Below, piece after piece: positions 37,779-43,699 of a stretch of DNA of 43,699 nt. Position 1 is the first letter of the stretch. Every line of letters begins with the position of its first letter. Under the pieces are notes generated by a model, which saw only the letters and a list, made by a program, of their open reading frames with translations, was not told the DNA's origin and made no database searches. Source of the DNA: Paraspadella gotoi (taxonomy: Eukaryota > Animalia > Chaetognatha); assembly GCA_051294375.1 (NCBI GenBank), contig CM119265.1, positions 5,928,822 to 5,972,520 of the forward strand. Reading direction: 5' to 3'. The position numbers and the translations under genes were made by a program.

Positions 37779-40700
37779 TTAAAACCAACCAGACCCGGCG
37801 GCGGCGGCCAGCTGATGCGCTTGCAGCCCCATGGAAAGCGGGCCCACCCCGCCGAGCCGCAGGCAACGAGGCTTCGCTATCGTCGCCGCTGCGCCAGTAA
37901 AATCTGCCGCCGCAGAAAACGATCCGTGAGATGGGCTGTGGCCGCGGAGCGACCCCAGTAGCGGCTGCGGATCACTAATCCCGCAGAGAGAATTGTGGTG
38001 GAGCGTCGGTGGCGGAGGCGGCGCTGCAGCGGCTCGTTCCGTCCAGGAAAGATTGTTTAAAGCGGAAGCGGCGGCTGAGGCGGCGGCGGCCACGTTGGGT
38101 GATGAAACGGCGGCAAACGGACTAAGAGGGCTGGAGCCAGAGCCGGCACAGCTTCCGCCGCCGGCGCCGACGAGTTCTCCGGAAGTTGAGGAAAAGGCGG
38201 ACCAGGGATGACTCGATGCAGTTCCACTGGAGGGCGCTCCAGCCGCCGCCGCCGCCGCCAAGGCCTCTAACTCTTGAGATAGACGTTTGGCGCTGAGACG
38301 CTGAGTGGCGGAATTCCACGAGCCGTTGGAAGACATGGAGGAGTTGGCAAAGGCTTCCAACTCTTGGGAGAGACGCTTGGCGTTCATGGCGGCGATTGGG
38401 GAGGCACTCGGGGAAAAGCTCCATGAAGGAGATGCCAGAGCAGCCTCGAGTTCCTGTACGGAAATATTTTTGAAATGATAATAATAAATGCATTTAATTA
38501 CCAGTTATGTACATTACCATTGCATTAGAATAATTCCATTAAAGTACCTGCGAAAGCCGGTGCGATGATAGTCTCTTGGGATTGAGGTAGAGCGGCGACT
38601 GACCCGGCGATGGATAGATTGCCGACGGCGACGGATGCTGCAGCCCCACCGACGACTGCAAGCCCGATTGCTGGGCCCCTAGTGGTTGGGGCAACCCTCG
38701 ACCGAACGCCTCCGTCAAAGAGTTGCGGTTGCTGCTCAGAGGCGAACTACCCGTCGAAAACAGCCCTGCGGGCGATTGGGAGCCCACGGCGAGAAGTCCC
38801 AAAGGACCGTAGGGCCAACTCTCCCCAAACTGTGTCTTCTGAGGTGGATGCTGCTGCTGTTGCTGCAATTGTTGATGCTGATGCAGCTGCGCGGCGGCGG
38901 CGGCTGCGGCGAGCTGGTGCGCGGCGGTCAAAGAACCCGAATAAGGGGAGGGTCGACCCGAGCGAAAGGCGGGCGATCCGAGGCGGGGCGGAAACTTGGA
39001 AGTGTAGCCGGCGGAAACGGGGCGTGGCTCTCGTTTCCAGAAGGAGGCGGGAAGGTTACGAGCGGCGAGGGAGGTGGAGGGAAAAGGTCGTTGGTCGGGG
39101 GATGCTGAAGGGTACGCATAAAATGGAAATGTTGGAATTTATAATTAATTATTATTTATAATTTATAATTATTATTTATTCAAATATTCGTCAATAATGA
39201 CGCCTAGAAATAAGTAGAAGTAGAATCAGTATAAAATTTACCAACTAATTCTTCCTCTTCTTTGATCCAGCCCATGGACGCAGTCTCTTTAATTTCTAGC
39301 GGCGCTGGAAACGCCGCCGCTGCAGCCGTCCCTGCCACCGTCCCGGCAGCCGACTTGAGCGACTTTTTGAAGTGGTCGTCGACTTCGGCGTCGGCGTCTC
39401 CGTTAAAATAGTTTAGCACTAAGCAGTTGGCGCTGACGAAAGTCGGATGAGGTGGCGCCTCGTGCTTAACGTCGTTCTCGTCCTCCCGCGGCGTCGTTTT
39501 CGCGACCGGAGCCGGCGACACGCCCAACGGCGTTCTCCGCATCGTTGTCGGCGTCGTGTTCGGCGTCGGCGTTAGCGTTAAAGTAGGAGGCGCTCGTCGC
39601 GGGACGGTGGGCGTCGCATCTGCGCTCGACGACGCGGATCCGGTGGCGTCAAAGTGGAATCGTCCGTCGAGGCGGATGGAGACGTCGTCGTCGTGATTCA
39701 TGACGTCGACGGGTTCGTCCTCCATGTTCTCCTCGGCGTCGTGGCGGAAGTCTGTAGGAGGAGGAAGAAGAGGAGGAGAAGGAAGAGATATAGGAGTTGA
39801 AAAAAAACGGATGAAGGCTAATCCGAAGAAAATAGTTTCGTTTTAAATACTATTAAGTTTTATTTAGTAAGTTAGTTGAGAACTTTTCAGGGACAGTCTA
39901 TATGAATTTACCCTCCACTATCTATAGTATCTATAGTGTTAAAAAAAAAGCTTGAATAAATGGATAAACTCAAGAATATCGAGTAAGTTAAAAACAATTG
40001 TGGAGAAGATATCCCTCAGAACTTTTCCCAAAATTCGATCGGCCGCTTTCTCTGAGAGGAGACCCTCGATATTTCCTCGCGCCCCATTTCTATTCCGTCA
40101 CGTTGACTGATGACGACCCGACCGACCTCTGTTTGCGCTTTTTTTTTACGGGGGGAGCGCTCTCTCTATCTCTATCTCTTTCTGTCTGTCTTTCTCTCTC
40201 CATTTCTATCTCTATTCTCTTCTTTCTTTCTTTTTCCCGCTCTTCGTCTCTATCTCTTTCTTTCTTTCTTTCTTTTTTTTCTTTCTTTCTTTCTTTTCTT
40301 TCTCTCTCGTTCTCTCTCTCTCCCCCTCTCTCTCTCCTCCTCAGTTCTTTATTTCTTTTCTCAAAAAAAAAAAATCTTTGTCTCAATCTCCCTCCCTTTT
40401 AATCTTCCTCTTCCTCTTCCCCCTCCTTCGTCCGCCGCCAAGCCAGTTTATGATGAAGGTAGAAAATATCTTTATCGCGGATGTTTTTCTTCCTCTTCTT
40501 TTCCTCCTTGAATCTTAACTGCCTCCCATCCCCGGCGATACATCATCCAAAAACCTTTTCTTTTTTTTTCATTTTCTTTTTTTTTCCTTTCTTCTTTCTT
40601 CTTTTTTTCCTTTTCTTGCCTTTCATCCATACGTCTTGTTGCCCCCCCCGGTCCTCCACGGCCGGGTAGTTGCTTCTTCCACCTCCCAGTCCTTCTCTGA

Positions 40701-42361
40701 GAATCTCTCCTTTTTTGTCTTTTTATCTTTTCTTTTTTTAATTTTATTTCGTCTTTCAAGTCGCGTGGAAACACGACTCTATGAGACGCTTTACTGTCAG
40801 TCTGTTTATATCGTTCAGAGGATATTATTTTGGGAAAAAAATATATCCAGAAAGAGTGTTTTTTGCATTTAAATCGTGCTTTTTTAAAGCTCGATTGAAA
40901 AAGAGGCAAAGAAAGGGAAAAAAATGATTTGCGGGATATCCAAAAAACGAAAGAATGACAGGATGCTCTCACTCAATAAGCCATCGTGTGTCATGCTTAT
41001 AGCCGGGGTTAACTTATGCAATTCCCGACTACAGCCTGTAGTACAGGACCACGCGACTAGTACCGATACAGCATCATCTTCTTTTAAACCTCCCTTTCCT
41101 CGTACTTTTTCTACCGTCATCTTTCACTCTCGTGCTGTGCCCTATTCTTCCTCTTCCTTACACTCTCCCTTCTTTTCTCATCTTTCCTTTTCCTTACTTC
41201 CTTTTCCTCTCCCCCATCCCTTCCCCCCACGCTCCCTCTGCCCTTACCTTCTACGCTGGGAAATGGGAAACGCGTCTCTCCATTTCCGGCGGAGGCGCGA
41301 GGCGTCAACAGACCCCGATGCTGATTTTGACTGGTGGCGCCCATGGCGCCGCCGGCGAGGAAGGCGCCATTGGTGGGCGTGGTCGGATCGACAGGGGAGG
41401 AGACTGGGAAAGGGTGGTGGGGCGTGGCGGCGGAGTTGGAGACGAAGGGCACCGGGGTGGTGGGAGTATGGGGTGTTGAAGGGGCGTTGTTTTGAGGATA
41501 GTGTTGAGTCGACTGCTGCTGAAAATAGTGCAAGTCGCGCCGCGCCGCCAGAGGTGAGGAAAGCGGGGTGGGTGAGGCGGACAATGCCACGTCGGCGATT
41601 CCATGTCGAGGAACGGGCGGCGACGGATGGCCAAGCGGCGTCGCTGCAGGTAAGGGATGATGATGATTAAATGGCTGCTGATTTTGCAGAAGCTGCTGAT
41701 TCTGCTGTAGCCGCGGATTGTGCTGCAGCTTCGGCGACCCGAACGCCCGTTGCGGCGTCTCCGGCGACGGCGTCTGCGTCTGCTGACGCTGTTCCCCACG
41801 GTTTCCGGTCGCGTGGCGATTTGTGTTGACGTTTGGGGAGTTGTTTGCCGAAGGAATCGTCGTCGTCGCCGCCGCCTCCGGACCAAGGCAAATTCGGTTG
41901 TTTACGTTGGGCGAGGAAAGGTCGATCGTTAACCGTTGCGGCGATTGCCGCGTTAACGGATATTGCGGCGACTGTTGTTGCTGCAACTTTGTCCTATTAA
42001 AGAGCGGTGAACGATCAACGCCGGATGTTGGATGCATCGAAGGCCGTTGCGGCGTCGTGGAACCGCGATGGCGCGGCGTCATGGGACTGTTTTGACGCAT
42101 GGGTGGGGGAGGGGGCGTCGAATGATGCTGCGGCGGTGGCGGAGGTTGAATTCCCTGCTGCTGCTGCTGTTGCTGCTGCAACATCGCAAATTCTCCCCCT
42201 CCGTCCGGCGTCAAATGGCCCTGATTTCCCTGATGCGCCGAGAAGGGTTTAAAGTCCAGGAAGGGTACGGGACGCGATCGGGTCAGCGACGGAGAATTTC
42301 CGGCGCTGAGCGGCGCCGCTGGCGCTAATTGCGGCGCCGAGAACGGTTTTATCGGATGCAT
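37779..42361 (-). CDS. vgll: Vestigial-like transcriptional co-factor (TONDU/Vg domain plus Omega-loop; vestigial/VGLL2/3-like), ~951 aa
   Basis: Exons (minus) 42361-41248, 39751-39242, 39104-38548, 38453-37779; GT-AG, compatible phases, 2856 nt = 952 codons. TONDU motif FVSANCLVLNYFNGDADAEVDDHFKKSL in exon 2; Omega-loop LAARNLPASFWK in exon 3; Q/P/A-rich low-complexity flanks. An acceptor at 42404-42403 and a donor at 43287 suggest a further upstream exon, so the start may extend. Confidence 0.9.
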
Positions 42362-43287
42362 CGCGGCGATGAGACGGGAGAGTGGATGAGATCCGAATGA
42401 CTCTGAAGAAAGAGAGCGTCTTTTTTTATTTGAGAGAGTCGAGGTCAGAGTTTTGGATTTTCTACGATCGACGTTCGACGATCGATTTCCCCCGCGCGGA
42501 TTTTGCGCGATCGAAAATCAACGATCTTTCGTCGTCGTTATAATCGTCGTCGGCGTCGTCGTCGGATTCAATCGAGAGGCGCGAATCTTCTTCCTCGGGT
42601 TTATCTTTCTCGTCGTTGTTGTTCTTCTTCTCGCGCGATTCTTGATCCTAGTATTAATATTGAGAAGTCCGGAATAAAAAAATATGATTTACTGTATTTT
42701 GCTTTGTTAAAATTTTAAAAGTTTTTATCTTTATTAAACAATATACTTCGCTTGTTAATTTTTAATTAACCACCTTCAAATATCATATTTTTTTTAAAAC
42801 TTATATGCTTTAAAAAAAATAGAGCCGTGTTTTTTTATTCGTCAAATTAAACTGTCAAAACTGAATGGCGAAAATTTTTACTCTCACTTGAGGCAAAAAT
42901 TCTTCAATTCACAATGAATATATTTTCGACTTTTTAAAAATAAATTTCGAAGTTTTTGTCGTTTTTGGGGGGGGGAGATAAAAATGAATAAGGAATAAGC
43001 ACTAGCTGAAAGATAAGAACGATCGAATTATATTTTGAATTAAAAAGCATTTAAATTTTTTTATTGTACGACAGGTTTTGTTTAGTCTTTTGTCGGAACT
43101 TCCGAGACGAAGTTTTTTGGGGTTTAATTTGATTTTTTTTTTAGAAGAATGTGTCGATAAGTTGGAGACAGAGTGGATTAAATGGAGACAGAGTCGACTA
43201 GTATGCGAAGAAGTCGAAGAGGAAAATCTGCGGAACATAAAAAACGCGAATCGTCGATGACTGAAGCGAAAACAATTCGCGACTCAC

Positions 43288-43620
43288 ATTCCGTCGTCCA
43301 ACGAAAAATTGGCGAGAGAGAGTGTGAGCGAGAGCGAGAGAGAGAGAGCGAGAGCGAGAGTGAGTTGGCAGGAAAGAGAGAGGGGTCCCCCAGACCCCTG
43401 GTGAAGAGGGCGACGGTTAGGGGGTTGGGTAGGGCGGAGGAAAAGGAAGAGGCTGGTCCCTGAGCCGGGGCTTCCCCAAGGGATAGGCGGAAGAGGAAGA
43501 AGACTCAAGAGGGCGAAGGGGGGGCGGGTCCATGTCGATCCAATGGTTAGTCAACGGGAGGAGGAAGAGTGATTGACGGAAGAGGAAAGTTGAAGAGAGG
43601 TTCGGATTTTTTTTCTCAGT
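43288..43620 (-). promoter_or_regulatory. Putative promoter / first (UTR) exon of the vestigial-like gene
   Basis: Minus-strand consensus donor aat|GTGAGT at 43287; GC box GGGGCGGG at 43521 and CCAAT at 43540 nearby. Inference only. Confidence 0.3.
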
Positions 43621-43699
43621 TTTGAAGAGGTGAGCGATGTTATGGGTTGGATGACGGGAGTCGTGGCCTCCACCTAACGACAAAAAAATGTGAGGGGGG

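Noticed and set aside
38610-42328. Plus-strand and alternative-frame ORFs overlapping the vestigial-like exons
   Set aside because: Shadow ORFs of GC-rich coding sequence; only the minus-strand spliced frame has conserved motifs.

Overview
Animal (invertebrate-like) genomic scaffold segment: AT-rich, dense in (GA/TC)n microsatellites, with eight N-gaps in the first 10 kb and signs of noisy gap filling. I could assemble these spliced genes by hand from GT-AG sites and reading-frame phases: (1) the terminal exon of a C1orf87-like EF-hand protein (+, 11677-12002); (2) a 7-exon class A peptide-receptor-like GPCR (+, 22200-24487) with one +1 frameshift and an atypical TM7; (3) a convergent 8-exon R3-type receptor tyrosine phosphatase (-, 24733-34253; signal peptide, 8 FN3, TM, single PTP domain) whose catalytic motifs are systematically degenerate; (4) a 4-exon Vestigial-like gene (-, 37779-42361) with a TONDU domain, an Omega-loop and an unrecognised three-fold RLSQELEA repeat. 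The most striking non-coding signal is a cluster of minimal type I hammerhead-ribozyme motifs (CUGAUGA..GAAACAUGUC, Penelope/retrozyme-like) inside the 4.6 kb phosphatase intron. They are arranged as nested inverted repeats, and three lie in the sense of the host pre-mRNA. A TSD-flanked fold-back remnant of the same element family sits just upstream of the phosphatase start codon. Most ORFs in the supplied track are gap or microsatellite artefacts. All family assignments come from motif recognition, not database searches.
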